From contig OY843584.1 of the NCBI GenBank assembly GCA_963692915.1, positions 96,001 to 160,000 of the forward strand: a DNA stretch of 64,000 nucleotides, in the 5' to 3' direction. Source of the DNA: Cenarchaeum sp. (GTDB taxonomy: Archaea; Thermoproteota; Nitrososphaeria; Nitrososphaerales; Nitrosopumilaceae). The stretch's first letter is position 1, and each line of letters starts with the position of its first letter. The notes beneath the pieces were generated by a model that searched no databases, had not been told where the DNA came from, and saw only the letters and a list, made by a program, of their open reading frames with translations. Below are positions 19,784 to 29,473 of the stretch, in pieces. A program made the position numbers and the translations under genes.

Positions 19784-20975
19784 GGCGCGCCGCACGCGAT
19801 CCTTGTAATTTAACCGCTTCTGTGGACTGGAGGCCCCAGAGCTCCACAAAGCCCGTGGCGCGCCTCTGGTCAAACGTCGAGCCGCGCCCGTACGTGGCCT
19901 CCTCGGCGCTGTATAGCGAGTTTGGTGATGAGCGCCCGACGACCCTGACTGCGCCCCTGTGGAGCCTCAGGCGCACGGTCCCGCTGACGGGCTCCTGCGA
20001 GCGCTCGATGTATGACTCGAGGCTTGCGCGCAGGGGATCCTCCCAGAGCCCCGAGTATGCCAGCCACGTCCACTCGGCGTCAACTGCCCCCTTGAATCGC
20101 GTCTCGTGCTTTGTGTGGACCATCTTTTCGAGGTCGGCGTGGGCCTCGATGACGCATGCGGCCGCCGGCGCCTCATAGACCTCCCTTGACTTTATCCCGA
20201 CGGTGCGATCCTCTATGTGGTCGACGATTCCGACTCCGGCCCTGCCGGCCACGGTGTTGAGGCGCTCGATTAGCGCACGCGCGCGCATTCTCCCCCCGTC
20301 AAGGGAGACTGGCACGCCGCGCTCAAAGCCGATCCTGACATACGTCGGCCTCGCCGGCGGGCTCGTGCTGACCCACTCAAAGGCGTCATCTGGCGGCTCG
20401 GCGGCCGCATCCTCGAGCACGCCGCCCTCTATGGCGCGCCCCCAGAGGTTCTGGTCAATGCTAAACCTTCTTGCGACGTTCTCTATGCGCACGCCGTGCT
20501 TGCGCGCAAAGTCCAGCTCTGTCGGGCGATCAAGGTTCATGTCGCGTATTGGCGCGACTATGGGGAGCGACGATGCGGCCCTCATCGTGACATCAAAGCG
20601 CACCTGGTCGTTTCCCTTTCCGGAACAGCCGTGCGCAAGTGATGTTGCGCGCTCTTTTCTTGCGACCTCGATGACCTTTTTGGCGATGAGTGGCCTGGCC
20701 AGCGCAGTGGCGAGGTTGTACTTTGACTGGTATAGCGCGTTTGCCTTTATGGCGACGAGCACATAGTCGCGCACAAACTCGTCACGCGCGTCTATCGTGT
20801 GGTGCCTTTTGACGCCGAGCGCCCTGGCGCGCCGTCCTATCTCGGCACTGCTGCCGCCCTGGCCCACATCGACTGTGACAGTCACGACGTCCATGTCAAG
20901 ATCCTCCTGGAGGTACTTTACGACGACTGACGTGTCTAGCCCGCCCGAGAACGCGAGGACTGCCTTGCCTGACAA
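19740..20975 (-). CDS. argG: Argininosuccinate synthase
   Basis: LAFSGGLDTS, HGCSGKGNDQVRF, SIDQNLWGR, GIKSREVYEAPAA. Confidence 0.96.
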   Translation of the reverse strand: MSGKAVLAFSGGLDTSVVVKYLQEDLDMDVVTVTVDVGQGGSSAEIGRRARALGVKRHHTIDARDEFVRDYVLVAIKANALYQSKYNLATALARPLIAKKVIEVARKERATSLAHGCSGKGNDQVRFDVTMRAASSLPIVAPIRDMNLDRPTELDFARKHGVRIENVARRFSIDQNLWGRAIEGGVLEDAAAEPPDDAFEWVSTSPPARPTYVRIGFERGVPVSLDGGRMRARALIERLNTVAGRAGVGIVDHIEDRTVGIKSREVYEAPAAACVIEAHADLEKMVHTKHETRFKGAVDAEWTWLAYSGLWEDPLRASLESYIERSQEPVSGTVRLRLHRGAVRVVGRSSPNSLYSAEEATYGRGSTFDQRRATGFVELWGLQSTEAVKLQGSRAARREVSRVRRRPKRSR

Positions 20976-21023
20976 CGCGCGCGTGTGCGTATGCCTTGTG
21001 ATTTATCTATTGCGCGTGGATCG

Positions 21024-21136
21024 GCATGATGTCAGCACCCATGCCCGTTCATGCCGGTGCAGGCGCCGCTGCGGCGAGTGGGTCGGCCGGATGCCCCCAT
21101 TTGGCCAAGTGGGCAAGAGGCGTGCCGGCCTAATGC
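21024..21136. mobile_element. Degenerate copy of the ~112-bp MITE-like palindromic element
   Basis: Aligns end to end with 49944-50055; decayed terminal inverted repeats; flanks GTGGATCG / CTGGGTTG match at 5 of 8 positions. Confidence 0.65.
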
Positions 21137-21193
21137 CTGGGTTGGCCGCAAGCCGTTAAATATGCACCTTGGGCACGCCTGCCATGTCGGCAG

Positions 21194-21234
21194 CAGCCGT
21201 GCTGGCGCCAGCCGTGCTGGCGCCAGCCGTGCCA
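21194..21234 (+). repeat. 15-bp tandem repeat CAGCCGTGCTGGCGC, about 2.7 copies
   Basis: Directly visible in the sequence. Confidence 0.85.
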
Positions 21235-21326
21235 GTATTTTTCATGCAGTCGTTGACTATTGTGCGCCAGCTCGGCATCATTTCACCGTGGAAGGACACC
21301 ATGCGCACGATGGGGACCCCGCAGCA

Positions 21327-23315
21327 ATGATTCGCGTGCTCGCCGCCCTCTCGATCGTTGCGGCCTGCGCGACCATTGCGGGTTACGGCGTGTTGTCATG
21401 GGATGCAGGTGGGCCTGTTGACCATGCCGATGTCGTGCCCGGCGCAGAGGCTTTGGATGACGGGGAGGTGTGGGGAACCGTTGAGCATTACGCGCAGCGC
21501 GCCGCCGAGCTGTACGCAAAGCGCACACATGGGGAGCATCCAGAGGAATTTCCCGCAATTCGCCCTGACGCACTTGCGGACGGAATTGTGGAGCTGTATT
21601 GGGAGGTGCAGCGCGACGACGATCTGCGCCTCCGGCTGCCAGAGAGGCTCAGGGTGTCCATGGATGCGGCGAATCCCGACGAGCTGGCATCAGGGCTCAT
21701 CGACTTGCGCAATGCGGTGCAGAGCGACGACGAGCTGCACCGCATGCTGCCCGAGGAGTTTCGCGTGCCGCTCAAGGCGGTGCGCTATTACTTTGCCACC
21801 GAGCCTCCGTTCTGCTTTGGGGATACTTTTTGCGATGATGTGGAACACATGGTAGGTTATCACGGCGCCGACGACGAGAGCTACCTTAGATCGTCTCCGG
21901 AATCCATGGAGCCCTGGAACGAAGACAATGGCGTGCGCAAGATGTGCGAGGCTGCCCGCGATGATCTCACAGGGCAGCTTCCGTGGCTGGAGGGGGACGC
22001 AGAGTGGCTCTTTTTTATGGACATGTGCAGGGACTGGCACAGCAGGCACGTCTCCTATTCCATCGTGGCATACCTGACCGAGAACGTCTCTGATAGCTGC
22101 AGGAGCCTGATAGACTCAGGATGGGTGGTGGGCAACAGTGGCGACTTTTATCGTCCGGGGGCGACCCCCCACGAGATGCGGCAAGAGTCCTATCCCGACG
22201 AGGTTCTGGATCCTGAACAAGATTACGGGGACATCTGGTTTGAATCAAGATGCCTGCCGTCAGGGTTCCCGCCCTCTGAACTTCTCCTCCGCCACCCCCC
22301 CGAGGTAGAGCAGGTGGGTTGGGTTGCTGACCCTGCCGACGTCGTGCCCGGCGCAGGGTCCGAGGGGGACGACGGGGAGGTGTGGGGAACCGTTGAGCAT
22401 TACGCGCAGCGCGCCGCCGAGCTGTACGCAAAGCGCACACACGGGGAGCATCCAGGGGAATTCCCCGCAATTCGCCCTGACGCCCTTGCGGACGGCATTG
22501 TAGAGCTGTATTGGGAGGTGCAGCGCGACGACGATCTGCGCCTCCGGCTGCCAGAGAGGCTCAGGGCGTCCATGGATGCGGCGAATCCCGCCGAGCTGGC
22601 ATCAGGGCTCATCGACTTGCGCAATGCGGTGCAGGGCGACGACGAGCTGCACCGCATGCTGCCCGAGGAGTTTCGCGTGCCGCTAAAGGCGGTGGTCTAT
22701 TACTTTGATGCCCCGACCGAGTCTTGCTATTTCTGGTATGCCTGTCAGGATGAGTTTGTGAACGTCTATTCTGGTTCTGATGACGAGAGCTATCTTCGAT
22801 CCCTTCAGCACACCACAAATCTTTGGCATGACAACAAGCAAGACGTGTGCAGGGCCGCTAACGACAAGCTTGTGGGACAGATTCCATGGCTGGAGGGCAA
22901 CGCGGAATGGCTCGGGTTTATGGGCGGATGCGAGCACTGGCACAGCAAGCACATCTCCGAGTCCATCGTGACGTACCTGACCGAGAACGTCTCTGAGCAC
23001 TGCAGGGACCTGATAGACTCAGGGTGGGTGGTGGGCAACAGTGGCTCCTTTTACCGTCCAGTGATGCCCCACTACGAGCGGTGGCAAGAGTTTCTGACAA
23101 GCATGTTCACGCTGGACGCCACGACGGTCACGTGCACGGAGACTGACGTGGAGGGCGACACGGGCCGCGCCGCGTTCAGGGTGACTGTGAGCTCTACGGA
23201 CGTCGTGCCGCCGGTGATCACGCTGTCGGCTGACATGTCGATTCCGGCGACGTCGAGCGTCGGCGCAACGGCGACGTTCACGGTGACTGCCCGCGGCGTG
23301 GACGGGGCAGTCTAG
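21327..23315 (+). CDS. Secreted or membrane-anchored hypothetical protein with a large internal duplication and a degenerate C-terminal HYR region
   Basis: Signal/TM segment MIRVLAALSIVAACATIAGYGVL; two repeats about 910 bp apart; HYR-like DVVPPVITLSADMSIPATSSVGATATFTVTA. Confidence 0.75.
   Translation: MIRVLAALSIVAACATIAGYGVLSWDAGGPVDHADVVPGAEALDDGEVWGTVEHYAQRAAELYAKRTHGEHPEEFPAIRPDALADGIVELYWEVQRDDDLRLRLPERLRVSMDAANPDELASGLIDLRNAVQSDDELHRMLPEEFRVPLKAVRYYFATEPPFCFGDTFCDDVEHMVGYHGADDESYLRSSPESMEPWNEDNGVRKMCEAARDDLTGQLPWLEGDAEWLFFMDMCRDWHSRHVSYSIVAYLTENVSDSCRSLIDSGWVVGNSGDFYRPGATPHEMRQESYPDEVLDPEQDYGDIWFESRCLPSGFPPSELLLRHPPEVEQVGWVADPADVVPGAGSEGDDGEVWGTVEHYAQRAAELYAKRTHGEHPGEFPAIRPDALADGIVELYWEVQRDDDLRLRLPERLRASMDAANPAELASGLIDLRNAVQGDDELHRMLPEEFRVPLKAVVYYFDAPTESCYFWYACQDEFVNVYSGSDDESYLRSLQHTTNLWHDNKQDVCRAANDKLVGQIPWLEGNAEWLGFMGGCEHWHSKHISESIVTYLTENVSEHCRDLIDSGWVVGNSGSFYRPVMPHYERWQEFLTSMFTLDATTVTCTETDVEGDTGRAAFRVTVSSTDVVPPVITLSADMSIPATSSVGATATFTVTARGVDGAV
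21426..23060 (+). repeat. Intragenic direct repeat (~21426-22155 vs ~22334-23060)
   Basis: First ~360 bp near-identical; the remainder is more diverged. Confidence 0.9.
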
Positions 23316-23450
23316 GTCAGCTGTTCGCCTGCCAGCGGCAGCACGTTCAGCGCCGGCGCCACGACTGTCACGTGCTCGGCGACAGACAGCGCGGGCAACT
23401 GCGACAGCGCCCCGTTCACGCTAACCCTCAACGCGCTAGACACGGCGCCT
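23316..23450 (+). pseudogene. HYR-domain remainder continuing in frame after a TAG stop
   Basis: Reads VSCSPASGSTFSAGATTVTCSATDSAGNCDSAPFTLTL immediately after the TAG at 23313-23315. Confidence 0.8.
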
Positions 23451-23548
23451 GCGCGCTCGCCACGCGGACAGGTGAGGTGCCGCAATGGCAAGCGGAGAGA
23501 CAGGATCACGCACTCTGGCCAAATGGGTTGAGAGTGTTGATCTCGCAC
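23437..23548. mobile_element. Degenerate MITE-like copy (right half conserved)
   Basis: gacaggatcacgcactctggccaaatgggttgagagtgttgatctcgcac matches the right half of 49944-50055. Left boundary approximate. Confidence 0.55.
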
Positions 23549-23598
23549 TGCGCGTGCAATCAAAAACCTATATAGGCAGAGCGTCTACTGTGCCAACG

Positions 23599-25191
23599 AT
23601 GGCGCGAAGGGTAAGAATATTTGACACTACGCTGCGTGACGGCGAGCAGACGCCGCGCGTTGCCTTTTCTCCGGCTCAAAAGGTCGAGATAGCTAGCGCA
23701 CTCGACGCGCTAGGCGTGGATGCAATCGAGGCCGGATTTCCAGTGGTGTCAGCCGGCGAGCACGAGGCAGTCTCGGCGATTGCGGCGGCCGGACTCAGGG
23801 CGGACATATTTGGACTTGCGCGCTCGACACGCAAGGACGTCGATGCCATAGTCGACGCCGGACTGCAGTGCGTCCACACGTTCATCGCAACCTCGGCAAT
23901 CCACGCAAAGGACAAGCTCGGCATGTCGCAGCAGGCCATACTAGATGCCGCAATTGACGCCATCGAGTACGCAAAGTCACGCGGCCTTGTCGTAGAGTTC
24001 TCTGCAGAGGACGCGACGCGCTCGGATCCAAAGTACCTGCACCGCGTCTACTCGGCAGCAGCACAGGCCGGCGCTGACAGGGCAAACATACCGGACACGA
24101 CGGGATACTCGACGCCTGAGCACATGGCGCAACTAGTCAGGGATGTCATCGACGCGTCCGGACTTCCAGTTAGCGTGCACTGCCACAATGACTTTGGCCT
24201 CGCGACTGCCAACACGCTTGCCGGAATCGACGCTGGCGCCGCATCGGCACACGTGACGATAAACGGGATCGGCGAGCGCGCCGGCAACGCCTCACTGGAG
24301 GAGGTCGTCTCCGCACTCGAGTTCCTTGATCCCGAGTCGACTAGCGCCGGCGGACACCCGCGATCCCGCCCGAGGGGAGTGACGGGAATAAAGACGCGCC
24401 GCATATACGAGGTCTCACAGCTCGTATCACACATGGCGCGCATGCAGGTGCAGAACAACAAGGCCATAGTCGGCGAGAACGCGTTTGGCCACGAGTCTGG
24501 CATACACACGCACGGAATAGTGAAAAACCCGCTCACGTACGAGTCACTCGACCCGCGCCTCGTTGGGCGCAAGAGGTGGTTTGCGGCCGGCAAGCACGCC
24601 GGCACGCACGGCGTCGAGACGACGCTCTCCGAGTACGGGATGTCGCCCTCAGGCGACGAGCTTGCCGGGATACTCGAGCGAGTCAAGGAGATGGGCGACT
24701 CGGGCGCAAACGTGTCTGACATGCAGGTCGTCACGATCGCATCCGAGATTATGGGCAAGGATCCTCCAAAGAGGCTTGTGAGGCTGCGCGAGCTTGACGT
24801 CTCGACGAACGCGAGCCAGACGCCGCACGCGTACGTAAAGCTCGCCATAGGCGACACTGACCATGACGAGACGGCCTCTGGCGTGGGTCCGGTCGACGCG
24901 TCGCTTGCGGCCATACAGGAGATAGTCGGCGGCATATACGAGACGCGCATAGCCGACTATTCGATAAACGCCGTGTCAGGAGGCTCAGACGCACTGTGCG
25001 AGGTGACCGTAAAGGTCGAGGACGCGCGCGGCAACACTGTGCGCGCAAAGTCAGTCGGCGAGGACATTGTAGTGACTAGCGTCAGGGCCGTGATCGAGGG
25101 GATAAACGAGATTGCGCTCCGGCGCGGTGCCGAGAGCTCGCCGCGCCAACGGCGCACGCGCAGCGCCGGCAGCCGGCGCAGGCGCGCCTAG
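23599..25191 (+). CDS. leuA: 2-isopropylmalate synthase (LeuA/CimA family)
   Basis: DTTLRDGEQ, HCHNDFGLA, GIGERAGNA, HESGIH, plus regulatory domain (GVGPVDA). Confidence 0.88.
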   Translation: MARRVRIFDTTLRDGEQTPRVAFSPAQKVEIASALDALGVDAIEAGFPVVSAGEHEAVSAIAAAGLRADIFGLARSTRKDVDAIVDAGLQCVHTFIATSAIHAKDKLGMSQQAILDAAIDAIEYAKSRGLVVEFSAEDATRSDPKYLHRVYSAAAQAGADRANIPDTTGYSTPEHMAQLVRDVIDASGLPVSVHCHNDFGLATANTLAGIDAGAASAHVTINGIGERAGNASLEEVVSALEFLDPESTSAGGHPRSRPRGVTGIKTRRIYEVSQLVSHMARMQVQNNKAIVGENAFGHESGIHTHGIVKNPLTYESLDPRLVGRKRWFAAGKHAGTHGVETTLSEYGMSPSGDELAGILERVKEMGDSGANVSDMQVVTIASEIMGKDPPKRLVRLRELDVSTNASQTPHAYVKLAIGDTDHDETASGVGPVDASLAAIQEIVGGIYETRIADYSINAVSGGSDALCEVTVKVEDARGNTVRAKSVGEDIVVTSVRAVIEGINEIALRRGAESSPRQRRTRSAGSRRRRA

Positions 25192-25233
25192 GCCGGAGAT
25201 GGCCGTGCGCGGCTGCTGCGCGGGGCGACCCGC

Positions 25234-26235
25234 ATGATCATAGTCGACGAGGCGCGCATGCATGATGAGATACGCAGGCGCAATCCGGCATCAGTGGCGC
25301 TCAACGGTCCGGACGGCATGCTCCCGCAGGTTCAGGCCGCGGCCTCGCGCATATCGACCGAGTTTGGCATACCGGCGTACGTTCTAGCTGACACGACGTG
25401 GGGATCGTGTGACACAAACCACCTGGGCGCCAAGGTTCTTGGAGCCGGCGTTCTCTTTAACATTGGCCACACGATAAGCATGGGCGAGCTCGAGGGCGGC
25501 GACGTCGTCATGGTCGACGCCTTTGATGACATTGAGTTTGACCGCGTCGCCGAGGAGTGCGCGCGCATGCTCGCAGGCCGGCGCGTCTCACTGCTCACCG
25601 ACAGCCAGCACCTGAGGCAGCTCGATGCGGTCCGTGGAATTCTCGAAAAGGGCGGCGTGGACGTCGTGATCGGATCAGGAGGCGGCCAGCTCAACGACGC
25701 GCAGGTGTTTGGGTGCGAGTTCTATCCCGCAGTCGCCGCCGTTGCCGAGGGCGCTGAGGCCAATGTCTTTCTGGGCCAGAGCGTCTTTCATGCGGCCGGA
25801 GTCGCGCTGTCCACTGGCCTGCCAACATATGCGCTGGACCCGTACTTTGGCGAGGTTCGCGACGTCACCGAGTTTGCGCAAAAGACGCAAAAGCGCACAA
25901 CTGCGGCAATCTATGCTGCCTCTGAGGCGCGCACGTTTGGGATCATAGTCGGCCTCAAGGAGGGACAGCTCTCAAAGGTGACGGCACTGCGCCTGCGCCG
26001 CGAGCTAGAGGCCGAGGGCAGGACGGTCCAGATGTTTGCGATGACGAGCATCACCTCGGATCGCCTCGAGTCACTCACGGGAATTGACGCGTTCATCCAG
26101 GTCGCATGCCCGCGGATATCTACTGACAACCCGTTCCCAAAGCCGGTCCTCTCGACACCGCAGGCAAACGCGCTCTTGCGCGTGATGCGCGGAGGAGAGC
26201 CCGAGGAGTACCTTCGCGTCCCGCACTGGCTCTAG
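25234..26235 (+). CDS. dph2: 2-(3-amino-3-carboxypropyl)histidine synthase (diphthamide biosynthesis)
   Basis: Three Fe-S cysteines in WGSCD, QVFGCEF and VACPRIS. Confidence 0.92.
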   Translation: MIIVDEARMHDEIRRRNPASVALNGPDGMLPQVQAAASRISTEFGIPAYVLADTTWGSCDTNHLGAKVLGAGVLFNIGHTISMGELEGGDVVMVDAFDDIEFDRVAEECARMLAGRRVSLLTDSQHLRQLDAVRGILEKGGVDVVIGSGGGQLNDAQVFGCEFYPAVAAVAEGAEANVFLGQSVFHAAGVALSTGLPTYALDPYFGEVRDVTEFAQKTQKRTTAAIYAASEARTFGIIVGLKEGQLSKVTALRLRRELEAEGRTVQMFAMTSITSDRLESLTGIDAFIQVACPRISTDNPFPKPVLSTPQANALLRVMRGGEPEEYLRVPHWL

Positions 26236-26293
26236 CGCAAATTCTGTGATGCGCCTCTAGACTCTTATTTGTCATGCAAGGTCACCGTTGACC

Positions 26294-28804
26294 ATGCGCG
26301 TGCTTGCACTCCTCGCCCTTTTGTCTGCCGCCCTGGCATTACCTGCAGTGGCGTTCGCCCCTGCTGTCGCGGAGACGGACGTGTTTGACCCTGATGCCAT
26401 GGATATGCGCGTGTTTGACCCTGTTGGCATGGGACCAGACGAGTCCCCTATTCGTGCTGAGAGGATCCACGATCTCTACGCGGCACACAAGGATCTAACG
26501 GGCATAATGGCAGCACAGTCAGCAGGCGACTATGACACACCGGACTATCCGTTCGTCATGACGTACGTCGACGAGGAAAATGAGGAGCTAGTCGTGATGA
26601 TGCACGTGATTGCCGCACTGGCCGGCATAGAGTACGAGGAGCGCGAGATCCAGCTTGCGCTGGACAGCGATGTTGATATTGAAATAATCTATGGCGTCTT
26701 TGAGTTTGACTCTTCACAAGCCTCCATTGAATCATGGGAGCAGTACTATTCCATGCACTGCACTCCGTTATACGAGATGGGCTACGAAGATGCCTGCGCG
26801 CTATATGCGAAAAACCTGCGCGAGCATGGTGTGCATCTGGAAATGGCAGACATTGCTGACATTCCACTGAAACCCGACATATATGGTAACTCCACTACGC
26901 ACAGTATGCCAGTCGACCAGAACGCACTTGCTGTGTACGTCACCGGCGCCTCGCAAGTCTCCATTACGTCATGGGAAGAGTACTATGCCATGCGCTGCAC
27001 GCCATCATACGAGTACGGCTACGAGCATGCCTGTCTTATACATGAGAAAAACCTGCGCGAGAATGAGGGACGTCTAACGTCCGCTGACACTCCCGTAACG
27101 CCTAAAACTAAGCGTGATGACCACCCTAACTGGCCATTTATCTGGTGGAGCGCACTTGAGCTGCAAAAGCACCCGTATGCCAGATCGGCTCCTCCTCTGC
27201 TGCCTCCCACAGTCTATGTCCCCAAGAACATATTTGTGACGGCCGCGCCGGATTCCAAAGTGCAAATAATGTTCACGTCCGTGGCACATGACGCTATGGG
27301 CAACACTATAGAGCCAGTCTGCACGCCGCCCAGCGGGACCACGTTTGGCTTTGGCTTTGGCTCTGGATATGCCATATGCACGGCGACAGACGCGATGGGA
27401 ATCCAAAGTAGCGCAACATTTGATATCGTCCTGACACCCGAACCCCTTCAAGAAGCGGCCTTTTTGACCCACTTTGAGTACGGCATGGGGTGGTGGGAAG
27501 AAGTAATCCGGACAGAGGGGGCAGACGCGCCCGTTTACGGGGAGACCAACTGGAGAGTTGTCGTGCATGATGACATGATCCCCTGGGGACGTCACCAGCT
27601 AAACAGGGCCGCTGAGGCCTATGACTGCCCTGGCGGGTGCGCAATAGAGACCAAGCCCACGATGGATCTCTCGAACAGGACCAATGCAACGCTAAAGTTC
27701 GCGTGGCATGCCAATGGCCCACTGGAACACGATGACTCCCTGTCTGTCCAGCTGCACAAGAATGGCTCATGGCATACCGTCTACAGGTGGTTCGACGCGC
27801 CGGGCGGCGATCACCAGTGGGCGCACGTGACATACCCACTCGATGGCTTTATGGTGGACGACTTTAAGTTGCGCTTTGTTGCCCATCTGAGCACGCATGG
27901 TCGGACTATTGCCGTAGACAGCGTCATGGTCAGGCCGTTGGCGGAGATTCCCGGCATTGTGCAGCGTCCTGCGATGCAGCCAGTGTACAAACTGTATGAC
28001 TCGTCTGAGAGGACATACGAGTCACCGATCGACCTGCTGCTTCATGGGGGCTCCCAACTGGAGGTAACGGTGCCATCATCAGACGCCTACGTGTCCCCGC
28101 ACATGGTCAACGCAGTGGCCGGCCTGGTCATAAATCACAATGGCACCACGGCCATCCTTGTGCCATCCCACGCCATCGACATCACTGAGGCATCAGACCG
28201 GAAACCCCCCAGCATTGCGCTTGCGGGCTCTGATGCCGAGGGTCCTGGCATCGTCGTTGCCAACTCTGTTATTGCCACTACTGACGTTATGACAAACCAC
28301 AAGGTGTTCTCTGATGCGGCACTTGTGAAGGTCTTGCCCGAGCGCGCAGTTGAGGTTGACACAGTCCGAAGTGGCACGCGCGTAATCGCCCTGGATGCCT
28401 TTGGTGTAACAGGGGATATAAATGGCCGAACAGCTGAAATCTTTGGCGCCGGCCCAAAAAGATCCGGGGACATACTCTCGGCCAACATGACTGTGCGTGC
28501 CACAACTGGGCAGATGGACACCACGCTCATAGACCAGGCTATGGCGACATACAGGTCTACAAAGGGAGACAGCGGCTCGCCGGTTCTCTACGTTGATGAC
28601 GGTGGCGCCTCGGCGTTTCTTGGCATGCACATAGGGCGCATCCAGGTATTCCTGGGGGATCCTGCAAGTGTGCCGGCAGGACATGTGCCCACAGTTGATG
28701 ATAGCGACAATTCACTGCAGTTTGGCGTGTTCTCCAAGTGGGAGTACATTAGCCGTGATCTTGGGCTGAGCTGCATGTCACTCTGCTATCCGGGCATCTC
28801 CTAG
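26294..28804 (+). CDS. Secreted multidomain protein with HYR domain and C-terminal trypsin-like serine protease
   Basis: Signal peptide; duplicated Cys-pair motif; HYR (PVCTPPSGTTF...CTATDAMG); candidate triad VPSHAI, DAALVKV, GDSGSPV. Confidence 0.75.
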   Translation: MRVLALLALLSAALALPAVAFAPAVAETDVFDPDAMDMRVFDPVGMGPDESPIRAERIHDLYAAHKDLTGIMAAQSAGDYDTPDYPFVMTYVDEENEELVVMMHVIAALAGIEYEEREIQLALDSDVDIEIIYGVFEFDSSQASIESWEQYYSMHCTPLYEMGYEDACALYAKNLREHGVHLEMADIADIPLKPDIYGNSTTHSMPVDQNALAVYVTGASQVSITSWEEYYAMRCTPSYEYGYEHACLIHEKNLRENEGRLTSADTPVTPKTKRDDHPNWPFIWWSALELQKHPYARSAPPLLPPTVYVPKNIFVTAAPDSKVQIMFTSVAHDAMGNTIEPVCTPPSGTTFGFGFGSGYAICTATDAMGIQSSATFDIVLTPEPLQEAAFLTHFEYGMGWWEEVIRTEGADAPVYGETNWRVVVHDDMIPWGRHQLNRAAEAYDCPGGCAIETKPTMDLSNRTNATLKFAWHANGPLEHDDSLSVQLHKNGSWHTVYRWFDAPGGDHQWAHVTYPLDGFMVDDFKLRFVAHLSTHGRTIAVDSVMVRPLAEIPGIVQRPAMQPVYKLYDSSERTYESPIDLLLHGGSQLEVTVPSSDAYVSPHMVNAVAGLVINHNGTTAILVPSHAIDITEASDRKPPSIALAGSDAEGPGIVVANSVIATTDVMTNHKVFSDAALVKVLPERAVEVDTVRSGTRVIALDAFGVTGDINGRTAEIFGAGPKRSGDILSANMTVRATTGQMDTTLIDQAMATYRSTKGDSGSPVLYVDDGGASAFLGMHIGRIQVFLGDPASVPAGHVPTVDDSDNSLQFGVFSKWEYISRDLGLSCMSLCYPGIS

Positions 28805-28927
28805 CCGCCATTGCCGGATTTGGAGACTCTTGCCTGCAGCTCCCGCACCGCTGGGTGCCCTTGCATGCCCTGCGCGTCGGCTCGAGTGCCCAACAGTTAT
28901 AACAATAGGCGCAGACACGTGCGCGCG

Positions 28928-29473
28928 ATGGCCAACGAGCACGTCTTTCCGGGGGATCGCCTCGCCTCAGTCGAGGAGTACGGCGTGGGCCATGGCGCCT
29001 TTGATGACGGCGAGCGCATATGCGCCGCAGTCGTTGGCACATCAGAGATAGACTCCGAAAAGCACACCGTCAGCGCAGTCGGCCCGCAGGTTCCTGTTCC
29101 CGTCGCCGGCGACATTATCATCGGCGAGGTCGCCGCAACGCTCTCCTCGAGGATTGCCGTGGCGATACGCTACATCAATGGAAAGCAAGTCACGAACAAC
29201 GTGGAGTGCATGCTCTCAACGAGAAACCTGCGCATGCGGCTCGTCGCGCTAGTCGGTGACATTATGGCACTGCGAATCGTCGGGACGCTCAACGGCGACA
29301 TACACGCCGAGGTCAATGACCCGTCACTTGGAGTGCTGTTCACAAAGTGCCGTCGCTGCGGCGATCGCGTAATGCTCCACCGTGATGTCGTAAAGTGCAT
29401 CGAGTGCGGCTGGGTCGATGAGCGCAAGCTCTCAAGGGACTTTGGCAAGGATGACTTTGCCAAGGCGCCGTGA
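28928..29473 (+). CDS. csl4: Exosome RNA-binding protein Csl4
   Basis: VFPGDRLASVEEY; S1 domain; zinc ribbon CRRCG...CIECGWVDERK. Confidence 0.9.
   Translation: MANEHVFPGDRLASVEEYGVGHGAFDDGERICAAVVGTSEIDSEKHTVSAVGPQVPVPVAGDIIIGEVAATLSSRIAVAIRYINGKQVTNNVECMLSTRNLRMRLVALVGDIMALRIVGTLNGDIHAEVNDPSLGVLFTKCRRCGDRVMLHRDVVKCIECGWVDERKLSRDFGKDDFAKAP

Noticed and set aside
21426-23060. Template/variable repeat pair of a diversity-generating retroelement
   Set aside because: Differences are not adenine-restricted and include indels, both copies are in frame in one gene, and there is no reverse transcriptase in the window.
23313-23315. Pyrrolysine recoding of the TAG
   Set aside because: No pyl genes are visible, TAG is a routine stop in many core genes here, and the surrounding HYR sequence is degenerate.
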